From an uncultured Chloroflexia bacterium (lineage in GTDB: Bacteria; Chloroflexota; Limnocylindria; Limnocylindrales; CSP1-4): a stretch of DNA of 64,000 nucleotides. The stretch is from assembly GCA_963749705.1 (NCBI GenBank), contig CAVVNQ010000015.1, positions 416,001 through 480,000 of the forward strand, given 5' to 3'. A model generated the notes under the pieces. That model was not told the origin of the DNA, did no database searches, and saw nothing but the letters and a program-made list of their open reading frames with translations. Each line of letters begins with the position of its first letter. The stretch's first letter is position 1. Below, in pieces: positions 50,907 through 63,031 of this stretch. A program made the position numbers and the translations under genes.

Positions 50907-51863
50907 ATGCCCAACATGGACACTCGACTTGGCGTGCTGCTGTGGAACCAGGCGACATCGTGGGCCGACCAGGAGGTTGTCGCAATCCGCGCCGACGAGC
51001 TCGGCTACGACCACCTGTGGGCGTGGGACCACCTGTACGCGATCTTCGGTGACCCGTACCAGCCGATCTTCGAGGGGTACACGACCCTCGCGGCGTGGGC
51101 CAAGGTGACGTCCCGGGCCCGGCTCGGGCTGCTGGTCGGTGCCAACCCGTTCCGCAATCCCGCCCTCGTGGCGAAGATGCTGACCACGATCGATCACATC
51201 AGCGATGGGCGCGCGATCGCGGGTCTGGGTGGTGCCTGGTTCGATCTCGAGCACCAGGCGGCCGGCATCGACTTCGGCACGGGGTTCGGCCAGCGGCTCG
51301 ACTGGTTCGACGAGTCGATGGGGGCGATCCGGGCGCTGCTCGACGGGAAGGCCGTGAGCTCACCCGAGGGTGGCCGGTATGCGCTCGACGAGATGCGCCT
51401 GCTGCCCCCGCCGGTCCAGGCCCACCTGCCGGTGATGATCGGCGGCTCGGGCGAGCGGAAGACGCTGCGCACGGTGGCGAAGTACGCCGACATGTGGAAC
51501 GCGATGGGCCCGGTCGACGTGATGCGCCACAAGATCGAGGTCCTTCAGCGCCACTGCGACGCGGTCGGACGGGACGTTGCGACCATCGAGATGACGCTTG
51601 GCTGCAAGCCGATCATCCGGGACACGGCCGATGAGGCGCGCCGGGTGCTGGAGGCGCAGATGGCCCACAACCGGACGCCGATGTCCGACATCGCGGACGA
51701 CGACACGTTCTGGCCGGGCACGGCGGAGCAGATCGCCGGGCAGATGCGCGAGTACAAGGCGCTCGGGTTCCACACGTTCATCGCCGAGCTGGCCGCGCCG
51801 TACGACACCGAGACGCTCGAGCGCTGGATCGGCGAGTGCCGGCCGATGGTCGACGGCGCCTGA
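50907..51863 (+). CDS. LLM class (probably F420-dependent) oxidoreductase
   Basis: WAWDHLY, FRNPALVAKM..TIDHISDGR, IGGSGERKTLRTVAKYADMWN. Confidence 0.9.
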   Translation: MPNMDTRLGVLLWNQATSWADQEVVAIRADELGYDHLWAWDHLYAIFGDPYQPIFEGYTTLAAWAKVTSRARLGLLVGANPFRNPALVAKMLTTIDHISDGRAIAGLGGAWFDLEHQAAGIDFGTGFGQRLDWFDESMGAIRALLDGKAVSSPEGGRYALDEMRLLPPPVQAHLPVMIGGSGERKTLRTVAKYADMWNAMGPVDVMRHKIEVLQRHCDAVGRDVATIEMTLGCKPIIRDTADEARRVLEAQMAHNRTPMSDIADDDTFWPGTAEQIAGQMREYKALGFHTFIAELAAPYDTETLERWIGECRPMVDGA

Positions 51864-51936
51864 CGGTCCGCCATCGCCTGAGGGTCCGCCATCGCGCGGC
51901 CGCCGCTCTCTCGCGGCCTCCGTTGCCCCCGTCTCG

Positions 51937-52087
51937 GTCGTTTAGCACTCATACGGGTGCTTGGGCGCAGCCAGGCGGTTTCCAGCGCCCGGATCGTGTC
52001 ATTCAACCGTGTCGATGTTGGGTGGCCGCGAATCCGCGACGGTGGTGGCGTGGATGCAGCCGTGGAGTCGTGTGAGTGCTGGATGAC
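51937..52087 (+). other. Structured intergenic element (candidate ncRNA or REP/MITE-like palindrome)
   Basis: 20-bp closing stem (51937-51956 with 52068-52087) containing several G-U pairs, plus internal hairpins. Confidence 0.55.
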
Positions 52088-52125
52088 GCAAATGCCGTTC
52101 GCGGACGTGTCCCGGGCCGGGAACC

Positions 52126-52707
52126 CTATGCGTGCCCGGGGGCGAGCCGCTCGCCGGCTTCGACGCGCACCGTGAGCCGGTTCTCGACGGGGGTGATCGG
52201 ACAGGAGAACCGCGGGTCATACACGCACGACGGGTGATAGGCGAGGTTGAAGTCGAGCACGTACGTCTCGTCATCCTCGGCCTCAAGGTCGAGGTATCGA
52301 CCGGCACCGTACGTTTCGGTCCCGCTGGTGGCGTCGAGGAACGGCACGAACAGCGTGTCGCTTGTGTCGTTGGCGAACCGGTAGGCCGTCAGCGAGCAGC
52401 GCGCCCCATCGATCGTGAACTGGAACACGCCGGCGCGCTCGGCCGGTCGCAGCCGGCCGTCCGAGGTCGGGATCTCGAACCGGACGGGCTCTTCGCCCGT
52501 GTACGGGAGCAGGGGAAGCGGCTCCAGGCGCAGACCCTCATCGATCGGGAAGTAGGGGAGCCCGCCGAATGCATCGCGCTCGGCCGCGGGGACCGGGCTC
52601 CCGTCGTGCCCCTTGAAGAACGCGTCCTTGTCGGCCCGGAGCTCCGCGACGGCATCCGCGTAGGAAACGGTGTGGTGGTGCTCGTGGTGGTGCTCGTGCT
52701 CGGTCAT
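52126..52707 (-). CDS. DUF1684 family protein with His-rich N-terminus
   Basis: LFVPFLDATSGTETYGAGRYLD, LDFNLAYHPSC.Y...FSCP; starts MTEHEHHHEHHH. Confidence 0.92.
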   Translation of the reverse strand: MTEHEHHHEHHHTVSYADAVAELRADKDAFFKGHDGSPVPAAERDAFGGLPYFPIDEGLRLEPLPLLPYTGEEPVRFEIPTSDGRLRPAERAGVFQFTIDGARCSLTAYRFANDTSDTLFVPFLDATSGTETYGAGRYLDLEAEDDETYVLDFNLAYHPSCVYDPRFSCPITPVENRLTVRVEAGERLAPGHA

Positions 52708-52789
52708 TGGGGCTCCTCTGGGCGCCGGTGGCGTCGAGCCGTAGATGATGCCCGAGCGCGATCCCCGGCACCACCCGTAGCATGAGGCC

Positions 52790-54823
<2,034 letters not shown>

Positions 54824-54850
<27 letters not shown>

Positions 54851-55543
54851 CCTTCTCGCCGCCGGGGCATCGGCCGCGGCCGCCGCCGGTGGCGGCGCGT
54901 CATCACCCGAGGTATCGGTGAACACGTCCTCCTCGAACGCGTCGAGGAGCGCCGCGCATCGCTCGATCCAGGTCTCCGCCTCGGCCCGGCCCGGGGCCCC
55001 GAACCAGTCCCGCGCGCTGGCTCGCCTGAACCAGCGACGGATCTTCTCGAGGTCGTGGCGGATCTCCTCCACCTCCTCGAACGTGAAGTTGGAGCGGAAC
55101 CGCTCGAACTCGATCTCCTTGACGAACTTCGTCTGGCATTCCTCGACGATCTCGGCGTAGTCCCGCCCGGCGAGACCTCGGAAGTCGGCGATCAGCTGGT
55201 CGCGCTGCGGGTCGTTCATCGCCACGTCGAACACGTTGGACGTGCCGCCCAGCTCCTCGATGTGTTCCTGGATCGCGGTCATGCTCTGGGCGGTCTCGGT
55301 CGTGTGCGGGACGATGCACACGCATTGCTGGAGGTACAGGCCACCCAGCCGCTTCAGGTCGCGCCAGATCGCGACCCGGGCACGCGAGGAGTCCGTCGGG
55401 ACCCGATAGACGATGAGCGTCCAGGCAGGATCGGCGGACACGGTGACGGCGGTGGACGCGCCGGCGGCTGTGGACGTGCCCGCGGAGGGGGACGCGTCGG
55501 CAGGCGCACCCGACGTCGGCGCCTTGTCCCGCGACCTCGTCAC
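54824..55543 (-). CDS. ChrB N-terminal-domain protein (putative regulator)
   Basis: LIVYRVP..SRARVAIWRDLKRLGGLYLQQCVC, FTFEEVEE...DLEKIRRWF.....RDWFGAP. Confidence 0.8.
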
Positions 55544-55595
55544 GACGCCCGAATCCCGCGCCGTGACCGATGCCCGGCGGCCCCGTCGATGCAGG

Positions 55596-55653
55596 TTGAC
55601 AAGCGCCCTGCCGCGATCCTAGAGTGCATTGAGTACAACGTAGCAGGTGTTAC
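55596..55653 (+). promoter_or_regulatory. Sigma70-type promoter and candidate operator
   Basis: TTGACA (55596-55601)-N18-TAGAGT (55620-55625); imperfect palindrome GTAGCA-GG-TGTTAC (55640-55653). Confidence 0.65.
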
Positions 55654-55655
55654 AT

Positions 55656-56414
55656 ATGCTGACAATGGTCGTGGCGGCCGTCCCGGCGTTCATGGGATCG
55701 GTCGTGGAGTTCGTCGAGGCGTACACGATCGTCCTCGCCATTGGTGTGACCCGCGGCTGGCGGGCGCCACTATACGGCGCGGGCGCCGCGTTGCTGACCC
55801 TGGGTGCGCTCGTCGGCGTGTTCGGCGTGACGCTGATCAACGTGATCCCCGAGCATGCCTTCCAGGTCTTCGTCGGGTCGCTGCTCCTGCTGTTCGGGCT
55901 CAAGTGGATCCGCAAGGCGATCCTCCGGTACGCCGGCATCGTGCCACTCCACGACGAGGAGGCGATCTACCAGCGCGAGGTCGCCGATCTCCGGGCACAG
56001 GGGCTGTCGTCGGACCGCTTCGACTGGATCGGGTTCGTCGCAAGCTACAAGGCGATGCTGCTCGAGGGTCTCGAGGTCGCCTTCATCGTGATCGCGCTGG
56101 GCGCGTCGGGGACCGACGCCATGCTCGCCTCGACGCTGGGTGCCATCGCGGCATTCGTGCTGGTCTCGATCATCGGCGCGATCGTGCGCCAGCCGCTCAG
56201 CCGGGTGCCGGAGAACACGCTCAAGTACTTCGTCGGCGCGATGCTCTGCTCGTTCGGCGTGTTCTGGGCCGCCGAGGGGATGGGGGTGGAGTGGCCCGGC
56301 GATGCGCTGGCCCTGCCGGTCATCTTCATCGCGTTCGTCCTGGTGTCGATTGCGGGCGTGAGGATGCTCAACATCATGGTGCCCGGTGGCCGGGTCGTGT
56401 CGAGGGCCGTCTGA
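55656..56414 (+). CDS. COG4280 family membrane protein (putative ion transporter)
   Basis: Twin acidic motifs SVVEFVEAYTIVLA and LLEGLEVAFIV; WIRKAILRYAG, RVPENTLKY. Confidence 0.85.
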   Translation: MLTMVVAAVPAFMGSVVEFVEAYTIVLAIGVTRGWRAPLYGAGAALLTLGALVGVFGVTLINVIPEHAFQVFVGSLLLLFGLKWIRKAILRYAGIVPLHDEEAIYQREVADLRAQGLSSDRFDWIGFVASYKAMLLEGLEVAFIVIALGASGTDAMLASTLGAIAAFVLVSIIGAIVRQPLSRVPENTLKYFVGAMLCSFGVFWAAEGMGVEWPGDALALPVIFIAFVLVSIAGVRMLNIMVPGGRVVSRAV

Positions 56415-56698
56415 TGAACATCTCGATCTCGGGGATCCTGCGCGGCACCGTCGACCAGGTGATCGGCCTGGTGATCGACGACGGGTTCGTCGCAGTCGGG
56501 GCCGTGCTTGCGCTCGTGCTGACGGGATGGCTGGCCGCAAACGAGACGCCGGTGCCGGTCGACGCGCTGGGCGTGGTCCTGTTCGCCGCGGTCTCCCTGT
56601 TCCTGCTCGGTTCGATCGCCCGGGCCGGCCGCGCCGCCCAGACCCACGCGGCGCCGACACCGGCACACGCCGGCCTGGCCCGCGACGCGGCGGACTGA
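56414..56698 (+). CDS. Small membrane protein
   Basis: GLVIDDG followed by two TM helices; TGATG coupling to the upstream gene. Confidence 0.7.
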   Translation: MNISISGILRGTVDQVIGLVIDDGFVAVGAVLALVLTGWLAANETPVPVDALGVVLFAAVSLFLLGSIARAGRAAQTHAAPTPAHAGLARDAAD

Positions 56699-56707
56699 CC
56701 GCCGGCC

Positions 56708-58156
56708 GTGCGGGCCCTCGCCGAGCGCATCCTGGGGCTTCTCCCCTCGAGCGTCGAGTACGGGGACGTGCGGGTCGTCCGGCGGCGGCACCAGGGCGTC
56801 CATATCGAGAACGATCGCGTGGCGCAGCTCGTCCTCGAGGAGACCGAGGGGATCGGGCTCCGCGTCCTGGTCGGCGGCCAGTGGGGGTTCGCGGCGTCGA
56901 CGCGGACCGATGTCGATGGCCTGGCGGAGCTGGTGAGGATCGCCGTCGGCCAGGCCGGTGCGGCATCCGGGCCACGGTCCCGGCTCGCGCCCGCACCGGT
57001 CGTCGAGGGCACCTGGTCGTCGCCCTGCATCCAGGACCCGTTCGAGGTCCCCCTCGACGAGCGAATCGAGCTCCTGCTCGAGAGCGCGCGGATCATGCGC
57101 GCTGCGGGCCCCGAGGTCGTCTCGGCCCAGGCATCGGCGGATGCGTACCGGGACGAGAAGCTGTTCGCGAGCACCGAGGGCAGCCGGATCGAGCAGGTGA
57201 TCACGGAGACCGGCGCCGGCCTGCTCGCGACGGCCCGGAACGAGACCGATGTCCAGCGCCGGTCGTATCCGCAGAGCGTTCCCCGGTCGATCATCGGGGA
57301 GCGGGGCGACTTCGCCAATGCCGGCTGGGAGCACGTCCGCTCGCTGGGGCTGGTCGAGGCTGCTGCCCGCGTGGGCGAGGAGGCGGCGGCGCTGCTGTCG
57401 GCGGATCGCTGCCCGCCGGCGACGACCACCCTCATCGTCGGCGCGAGCCAGATGGCGCAGCTCGTCCACGAGACCGCCGGGCACCCGTCGGAGCTCGACC
57501 GAACGCTCGGGGCGGAGGACAGCACCGCCGGTGGCACGTACATGCTGCCCGCCGAGCGCGGGCGCCAGCGGTTCGGGACCGAGCTGGTCACGATCGTCGC
57601 CGACGCGACCCGCCCGGGTGCGCTCGGCTCGTTTGCCTGGGACGACGAGGGTGTCGCCGCAACCCGGACCACGATCATCGAGGACGGCATGGTGGTCGGG
57701 TTCCTGTCCTCGCGGGGGTCGGCCGCGTCGCTCGACGAGCCCTCGTCGGGCGCGGCGCGCGCCGACGGATGGCGGCGGATCCCGCTCGTCCGGATGACCA
57801 ACGTGTCGATCGAGCCCGGTGACACGCCGCTCGACGAGATGATCGGAACCACGCGCGACGGGATCCTGATCGACATGAACCGCAGCCTGAGCATCGACGA
57901 TCGCCGCCGGTCGTTCCGCTTCGGCGCCGAGATCGCGTGGGAGATCCGCGACGGACGGTTGGGGCGGATGCTCAGGGACCCCACCTACGAGGGCGACACG
58001 CTCGAGTTCTGGGCCGGCTGCGACGCCGTCGGCGATCGGGCCAGCTTCCGCCAGTGGGGCCTCCCGTCGTGCAACAAGGGCGAGCCCCTCCAGGTCGCCC
58101 ACATCGGTCACGGCGCGGTCCCGGCGCGCTTCCGGAACGTGCGCGTCGGCGTCTGA
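56708..58156 (+). CDS. tldD: TldD family metalloprotease
   Basis: HETAGHPSELDR HExxxH, WDDEGV, RMTNVSIEPG, CNKGEP...GHG. Confidence 0.9.
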   Translation: MRALAERILGLLPSSVEYGDVRVVRRRHQGVHIENDRVAQLVLEETEGIGLRVLVGGQWGFAASTRTDVDGLAELVRIAVGQAGAASGPRSRLAPAPVVEGTWSSPCIQDPFEVPLDERIELLLESARIMRAAGPEVVSAQASADAYRDEKLFASTEGSRIEQVITETGAGLLATARNETDVQRRSYPQSVPRSIIGERGDFANAGWEHVRSLGLVEAAARVGEEAAALLSADRCPPATTTLIVGASQMAQLVHETAGHPSELDRTLGAEDSTAGGTYMLPAERGRQRFGTELVTIVADATRPGALGSFAWDDEGVAATRTTIIEDGMVVGFLSSRGSAASLDEPSSGAARADGWRRIPLVRMTNVSIEPGDTPLDEMIGTTRDGILIDMNRSLSIDDRRRSFRFGAEIAWEIRDGRLGRMLRDPTYEGDTLEFWAGCDAVGDRASFRQWGLPSCNKGEPLQVAHIGHGAVPARFRNVRVGV

Positions 58157-59559
58157 TGGGCGAGGTGCGGGTATCCGATGGTGGGGGAGCGGGCAAGGAT
58201 CGCGAGCTCGTGGGCGAGCACCTCCGCCACGCGCGCACCCGTGCCGACGCCGCCCACATCGAGCTCATCCGCGAGCGGCTGAGCCTGCTGCGCTTCGGCA
58301 ACCGGCAGATCACGTACCAGCACGACGAGGAGCGCGCGCTGCTTCGCCTCCGGCTCGTCCGCGGCGACCGGGAGGGCTGGGCCCTGCTCGAGACGGCGGA
58401 CGGGAACCGGGTGCGGGCAACGATCGACCGGCTCGCCGCCGCCCTCGACCTCCTGCCGGCGGGCGTTCCCGCAGCCATGCCGGCCCCGTGGACGCGCCCG
58501 CCCGGGCCGCCGGCCGCATGCGACGAGACGCTGGCCGTGTCGCCCGCGGACCGGGCGCACGTGTTCGGCGTCCTGGCCGAGCGGATCCCGGACGAGATCA
58601 GCCTCGGCGGCTCGATCTCGACGCGCGTCACCGACACGATCGTGGCCAACACCGCGGGCCTCGAGGTCGCCGAGCAGCGGTCGCGAGCGGCGCTCCAGGT
58701 CGTGGCGACCGGCGAGCACGGCTCGACGTTCGTGCGCCGGATCGACACCTGCTGGGGCCGGATCGACCCGCTGGAGGCCGGTGCCGCGGCGGCCGAGGGC
58801 ATCCCCGCCGGGCCGCTGCTGGACCTGCCCGACGGTCCGGCGCGGGCGATACTCGGGCCGCAGGCCGTGGCCACCCTGGCCGCGACCCTTGCCTACATCG
58901 GCCTGGGCGCCGTCGGTCCCGGTGGCACCGTCGGCCCGTTCGGGACGACGACCGCGGCTCCTCGCGGGTCGGCCGGCCGCTCGGACGCAGTCCCGACGCT
59001 GTCGGGACTGGTCACGTTCCGGGACGATGCACGCGATCCGGCCGGGCTGCCCGCCGCGTTCGATTGCGCGGGCTGGCCGAAGCGTGCCGTCACGCTGGTC
59101 GAGGCCGGACGCCCGGTGGGTGTCGTCCACGACGTGCGTACGGCGACCCTGGCGGGGACGGATCCGACCGGCCACACGGCGCCGCCGGGCTGGCGGTTCG
59201 GGTCCGGGCCGAGCCCGTCGCACCTGATCGTCTCGGCGGGCGACGATGATCCCGATGACCTCCTCGGGATCCTCGACGACGGCCTGGTGATCGAGCGGGT
59301 CGATTACGTCCGGGTGGTCCAGCCGCGCCAGGGACTGGTCACCGGGACGACCCGCGACGGGACGCTGCGGGTGCGCGGCGGCCGCGTGGTCGGGCCCGCA
59401 CCGCAGTTCCGGTTCACGGTCGGCCTGGTGGACCTGTTCCGATCGATCGAGGCGGTCGGCTCCCGGCGCGAGCAGGGCGAGGCCCCGTTCATCGACGCGG
59501 TCGTCGCACCGGCGATGGTGTCGAGCGCGTTTCCCGTCGACGCGATCGCCCGCCGCTGA
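58156..59559 (+). CDS. TldE/PmbA family protein
   Basis: LLRFGNRQI, ILGPQAVA, PTGH, TGTTRDG, FRFT; no HExxxH; coupled to tldD. Confidence 0.82.
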   Translation: MGEVRVSDGGGAGKDRELVGEHLRHARTRADAAHIELIRERLSLLRFGNRQITYQHDEERALLRLRLVRGDREGWALLETADGNRVRATIDRLAAALDLLPAGVPAAMPAPWTRPPGPPAACDETLAVSPADRAHVFGVLAERIPDEISLGGSISTRVTDTIVANTAGLEVAEQRSRAALQVVATGEHGSTFVRRIDTCWGRIDPLEAGAAAAEGIPAGPLLDLPDGPARAILGPQAVATLAATLAYIGLGAVGPGGTVGPFGTTTAAPRGSAGRSDAVPTLSGLVTFRDDARDPAGLPAAFDCAGWPKRAVTLVEAGRPVGVVHDVRTATLAGTDPTGHTAPPGWRFGSGPSPSHLIVSAGDDDPDDLLGILDDGLVIERVDYVRVVQPRQGLVTGTTRDGTLRVRGGRVVGPAPQFRFTVGLVDLFRSIEAVGSRREQGEAPFIDAVVAPAMVSSAFPVDAIARR

Positions 59560-59621
59560 CCGGCGCCGGGGCCCCGAAGGCCGGCGGGGGACCCGGACAC
59601 CGGTGTGATGTCGCGAGCTCG

Positions 59622-59668
59622 ATGTCGACAACTTCCACCCTTGCAGTCGACGACTGATATGTTAGAGT
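59622..59668 (+). promoter_or_regulatory. Promoter with extended -10 and GTCGAC-core operator palindromes; likely leaderless
   Basis: TTGCAG (59641), TGn-TAGAGT (59660-59668), ATG 6 nt later; CAGTCG-A-CGACTG (59644-59656) and ATGTCGACAAC (59622-59632). Confidence 0.65.
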
Positions 59669-59674
59669 CCCCGA

Positions 59675-60823
59675 ATGACTGAGCCGACCGCGCCGTTCCC
59701 GCTGATCGTCATCGAAGGCGATGCCTTCACCCGGGGGTTCTCGTACGGGGCCCAGGCGAAGGAGCGGATCGCCCGCTCGCTGGCGTTCTACGCGGACGCG
59801 GTCGTCCCGTCGATGGGGGCGACGTTCGGCCAGATCATCGACGGTGTGTCACAGCGACTGTCGATCTGGCGCAGCCGCGACCCCGAGATCGTCAGCGAGA
59901 TCGAAGGGATCGCGGAGGGGAGCGGCTTCAGCGTCGGCGAGATCCTTGCCCTCAACACGCGCGGCATGTTCGTGGTCCCGCCCGCGATCCAGCGCGAGGC
60001 CAAGGCCGCCAACGACGGCTGCACCAGCTTCGCGGTCATGCCCGAGGCCAGCCGCGACGGCCACCTGCTGACCGGCCAGAACTGGGACTACCTCGAGGAG
60101 ATCGCCGACACGATCGTGCTGGTCCACCTGCGCCCGACGGATGGACCTCGCCAGCTGATGATCGCCGAGGCCGGACAGGTCGGACGCCATGGGGCCAACA
60201 CCGCGGGGATCGCGCTCCACGCGAACGGGCTGTCGTCGCGGCTCCGTGACCCGTCGGCGCTGCCGTCGACGTTCATGCGCCGTCGGATCCTGCGGTCCGG
60301 CAACATCACCGAGGCGGTCGAGATGGCGACCGCCGGCACGCGACCCGGCTCGACCAACCTGCTGATCACGCATCGCGACGGGTTCGCGGTCGATATCGAG
60401 ACGATGCCGGCAACGACCCGCTGGATGTACCCGACCGACGGCTGGCTGTTCCACACCAACCACTACCTGGTGGAGATCCCGCCGGAGCTCGCCGCGACCT
60501 ACGCGCCCAGTGCCGACTCGATCGTCCGCTATGGACGCGGAGCATGGCTGATGGACCGCGCCCGGGCGTCGGGCGGGATCGACCGGTCGGATCTGGCGGC
60601 GATCCTCCGCGACCACCTGGGCGACGGGCGGGGACTGTGCAGCCATCCGGATCCGGACGCGCCGCGGCACGAGCGCTGGATGACCGTGGCGACGGTCATC
60701 ACGGATCTCACGGCGGGTGTCATGTCCGTGGCCGCCGGCCCGCCGTGCGGACACGAGTTCATCGAGATCGACATCGAATCCGGCCGGGTGCTGGGCCAGC
60801 CGGCAGGAGTGGCCATGGCCTAG
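59675..60823 (+). CDS. C45 family autoproteolytic acyltransferase/hydrolase (Ntn hydrolase)
   Basis: EIEGIAEG, ILALN.R, DG|CTSF nucleophile, GQNWD, HTNHY, LCSH. Confidence 0.9.
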   Translation: MTEPTAPFPLIVIEGDAFTRGFSYGAQAKERIARSLAFYADAVVPSMGATFGQIIDGVSQRLSIWRSRDPEIVSEIEGIAEGSGFSVGEILALNTRGMFVVPPAIQREAKAANDGCTSFAVMPEASRDGHLLTGQNWDYLEEIADTIVLVHLRPTDGPRQLMIAEAGQVGRHGANTAGIALHANGLSSRLRDPSALPSTFMRRRILRSGNITEAVEMATAGTRPGSTNLLITHRDGFAVDIETMPATTRWMYPTDGWLFHTNHYLVEIPPELAATYAPSADSIVRYGRGAWLMDRARASGGIDRSDLAAILRDHLGDGRGLCSHPDPDAPRHERWMTVATVITDLTAGVMSVAAGPPCGHEFIEIDIESGRVLGQPAGVAMA

Positions 60824-60898
60824 CTGGAAGGGGCCAGCCGATGATGACCAACGACAGACCAGCGTCACCCGCGCAGAGCACGCAGGAGGAGCGGACCC

Positions 60899-61957
60899 AT
60901 GCACGTGACTGAACCGAGGCGTCAGCGAGGACGAGCAGCACGCGGCTTTGCATTTGCGGCCGCCGCCGCAATGCTCGTCGCGGCCTGCTCGAGCTCGAGC
61001 CCGACACCCACCCCCGTACCCGCGACCACCGCGCCCTCGATGGCGCCCGAGAGTGCGGCACCCACGACTGCGCCCGCGCCGACCTTCCCGATGACCGTGG
61101 ATGCCGGCTCCGGTTCGGTCACCATCAACGCGGCGCCCCAGCGGATCTATGCCTGGGGCTTCCAGCCCATGGACGAGCTTGCGGCCCTGGGCGTCGAGCC
61201 GGTCGGCTTCTCGAGCCGGAACGGCGGACCTGTGCCGCCCTACCTGGGCGTGACCTGGAGCAACGCGCAGGCCCTCGGCGAGCCGCCGAGCCTCGAGGAG
61301 GTCGTGGCCCTCAACCCGGACCTCATCATCTCGGACAACTCCAATGACAACACCGCCCTGGAGACCGTGGGCGCGCCGATCCTCAAGATCCGGGCGAACT
61401 CGGTCAAGGACGCGTTCGACCAGCTGCTGCTGATCGGCCAGATCACCGGCAAGTCCGACGTCGCGCAGGCATACACCGATGCCTACAACGCCGAGCTCGC
61501 CGACACCCAGGCGAAGATCGGCGCGCAGCCGTCGGTCTCGACGGCGATCGTGTACCCGGGCGTCGAACCCGGCATCCTTGGCATGTGGCTCGACAACTCG
61601 TTCATCGGGACGTCCGTGTCCGCGCTGGGCATGGACTACGCGCTCAAGCAGTCGGACCTGACGCCCACGGACCTCGAGGGAACCAACGGCGACCGGGCAT
61701 CCAGCCTGGGTCTCGTGCAGCTTGGCCTGGAGAAGCTGGTCTCGGTCAACCCGGACACGCTGTTCGTGCTCGGCACGCAGGACTTCATCGACTCGCTCGC
61801 CGCCAACCCGGCGTGGGCGTCGATCAACGCGGTCAAGAACGACCGCGTGTACCTGTTCGATCGTGACCTGTGGAGTCGTGACCGCGGCCCGCTGGCGGCC
61901 AAGCTCGTCCTCGAGCAAGCCCGGCACGCGCTGTACCCCGAGATCTTCCCCAACTAG
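60899..61957 (+). CDS. Fe-siderophore/cobalamin-type ABC transporter substrate-binding lipoprotein
   Basis: Lipobox LVAAC, PQRI, PSLEEVVALNPDLII, W..INAVKNDRVY. Confidence 0.88.
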   Translation: MHVTEPRRQRGRAARGFAFAAAAAMLVAACSSSSPTPTPVPATTAPSMAPESAAPTTAPAPTFPMTVDAGSGSVTINAAPQRIYAWGFQPMDELAALGVEPVGFSSRNGGPVPPYLGVTWSNAQALGEPPSLEEVVALNPDLIISDNSNDNTALETVGAPILKIRANSVKDAFDQLLLIGQITGKSDVAQAYTDAYNAELADTQAKIGAQPSVSTAIVYPGVEPGILGMWLDNSFIGTSVSALGMDYALKQSDLTPTDLEGTNGDRASSLGLVQLGLEKLVSVNPDTLFVLGTQDFIDSLAANPAWASINAVKNDRVYLFDRDLWSRDRGPLAAKLVLEQARHALYPEIFPN

Positions 61958-61984
61958 CCGGGTGACGGATCGCCCGGCAAGGCG

Positions 61985-63031
61985 ATGAGCTCGGCAACGC
62001 ACGTCGGACGACCGGGAGCACCGGTGCGGCGGCCCGAGAAGGCCGCCGCACTTGCGCTCGGGCGGTTCGGCGCGCTGATCGCGATCGGCGTCGTGGTGCT
62101 GGTCATCGGCATCCTGTTCGACACCCGGTTCGGGATCGTGGACATGTCGCTCGACCAGGTCGTTCGCGCGCTCACGGTCAATGACGGGAGCCAGAACCGG
62201 ATCATCATCTGGGAGCTGCGCTTCCCACGCGCGCTCGTCGCCGCGTTCGTGGGCGCAAGCCTGGCCGTCGCGGGGACGGTGATGCAGGCGCTCACGCGCA
62301 ATCCGCTGGCGTCCCCGTCGCTGACCGGTGTCTCGGCGGGCGCCGGCCTCGCCGTGGTGGCGAGCCTGGTGATCGATCCCGGCCGTCCGCTGTGGCTGAC
62401 CCCGTTCATCGCGTTCATCGGTGGCGGCGCCGGCGGTGCCGTCGTGTTCAGCCTCGCGACGCGCAGCGTCGTGACGCCGATCCGGCTCGCCCTTGCCGGG
62501 TTTGCCACGGCATCGCTGCTGCTGTCGTTGACGACCGGGTTGCTGATCCTCAACAACTCCGTCGTCGGGCAGGTGTACTTCTGGCTTGCGGGCGGCGTTG
62601 CCGGTCGCTCGTGGCAGCACGTGGAGGTGATCGTCCCCTGGTTCCTGGTCGGGGCGACGCTCGCTGGGCTGTACGCGCGCCAGCTCAACATCCTGGTGCT
62701 GGGTGAGGACGTCGCCCGGGGGCTCGGCCTGTCGACCGGACGGACCCGGGCCATGCTCATGGTCATCGCCATCGTGCTCGCCGCATCGGCGGTTGCCGTC
62801 GCCGGGCCCATCGGCTTCGTCGGCCTGGTGAGCCCGCACGTCGCACGGTTCCTGATCGGGGTCGACCACCGGCGGGTGCTCCCGCTCGCGGCCGTGTTCG
62901 GTGCCGCGCTCGTGGTGTGGGCGGACCTCGCGGCGCGCAACGTGCAGCGTCCCCTCGAGATCCCCGTGGGCATCCTGATCGCGCTGCTCGGCGGACCCTT
63001 CTTCCTGTTCCTGGCGAGGCGCAACGTATGA
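61985..63031 (+). CDS. FecCD family ABC permease
   Basis: LRFPRAL, QALTRNPLASP, GEDVARGLG, GPIGFVGL, EIPVG, GGPFF. Confidence 0.93.
   Translation: MSSATHVGRPGAPVRRPEKAAALALGRFGALIAIGVVVLVIGILFDTRFGIVDMSLDQVVRALTVNDGSQNRIIIWELRFPRALVAAFVGASLAVAGTVMQALTRNPLASPSLTGVSAGAGLAVVASLVIDPGRPLWLTPFIAFIGGGAGGAVVFSLATRSVVTPIRLALAGFATASLLLSLTTGLLILNNSVVGQVYFWLAGGVAGRSWQHVEVIVPWFLVGATLAGLYARQLNILVLGEDVARGLGLSTGRTRAMLMVIAIVLAASAVAVAGPIGFVGLVSPHVARFLIGVDHRRVLPLAAVFGAALVVWADLAARNVQRPLEIPVGILIALLGGPFFLFLARRNV

Noticed and set aside
51861-51895. Short direct repeats (also 23048-23083 and 5631-5900) as CRISPR or IS ends
   Set aside because: Only two copies or coding repeats, no spacers, and no cas or transposase genes.
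51942-51962. TTAGCACTC matching the left arm of a CIRCE element
   Set aside because: The spacer to the nearest complementary arm is 4 nt rather than 9, the site lies between convergent genes, and no chaperone gene is adjacent.
59849-62869. Very long antisense and alternate-frame ORFs (also 26882-29746, 36064-38859, 18787-21237 and others)
   Set aside because: Shadow ORFs expected in high-GC DNA; they overlap well-supported genes and have no recognisable motifs.
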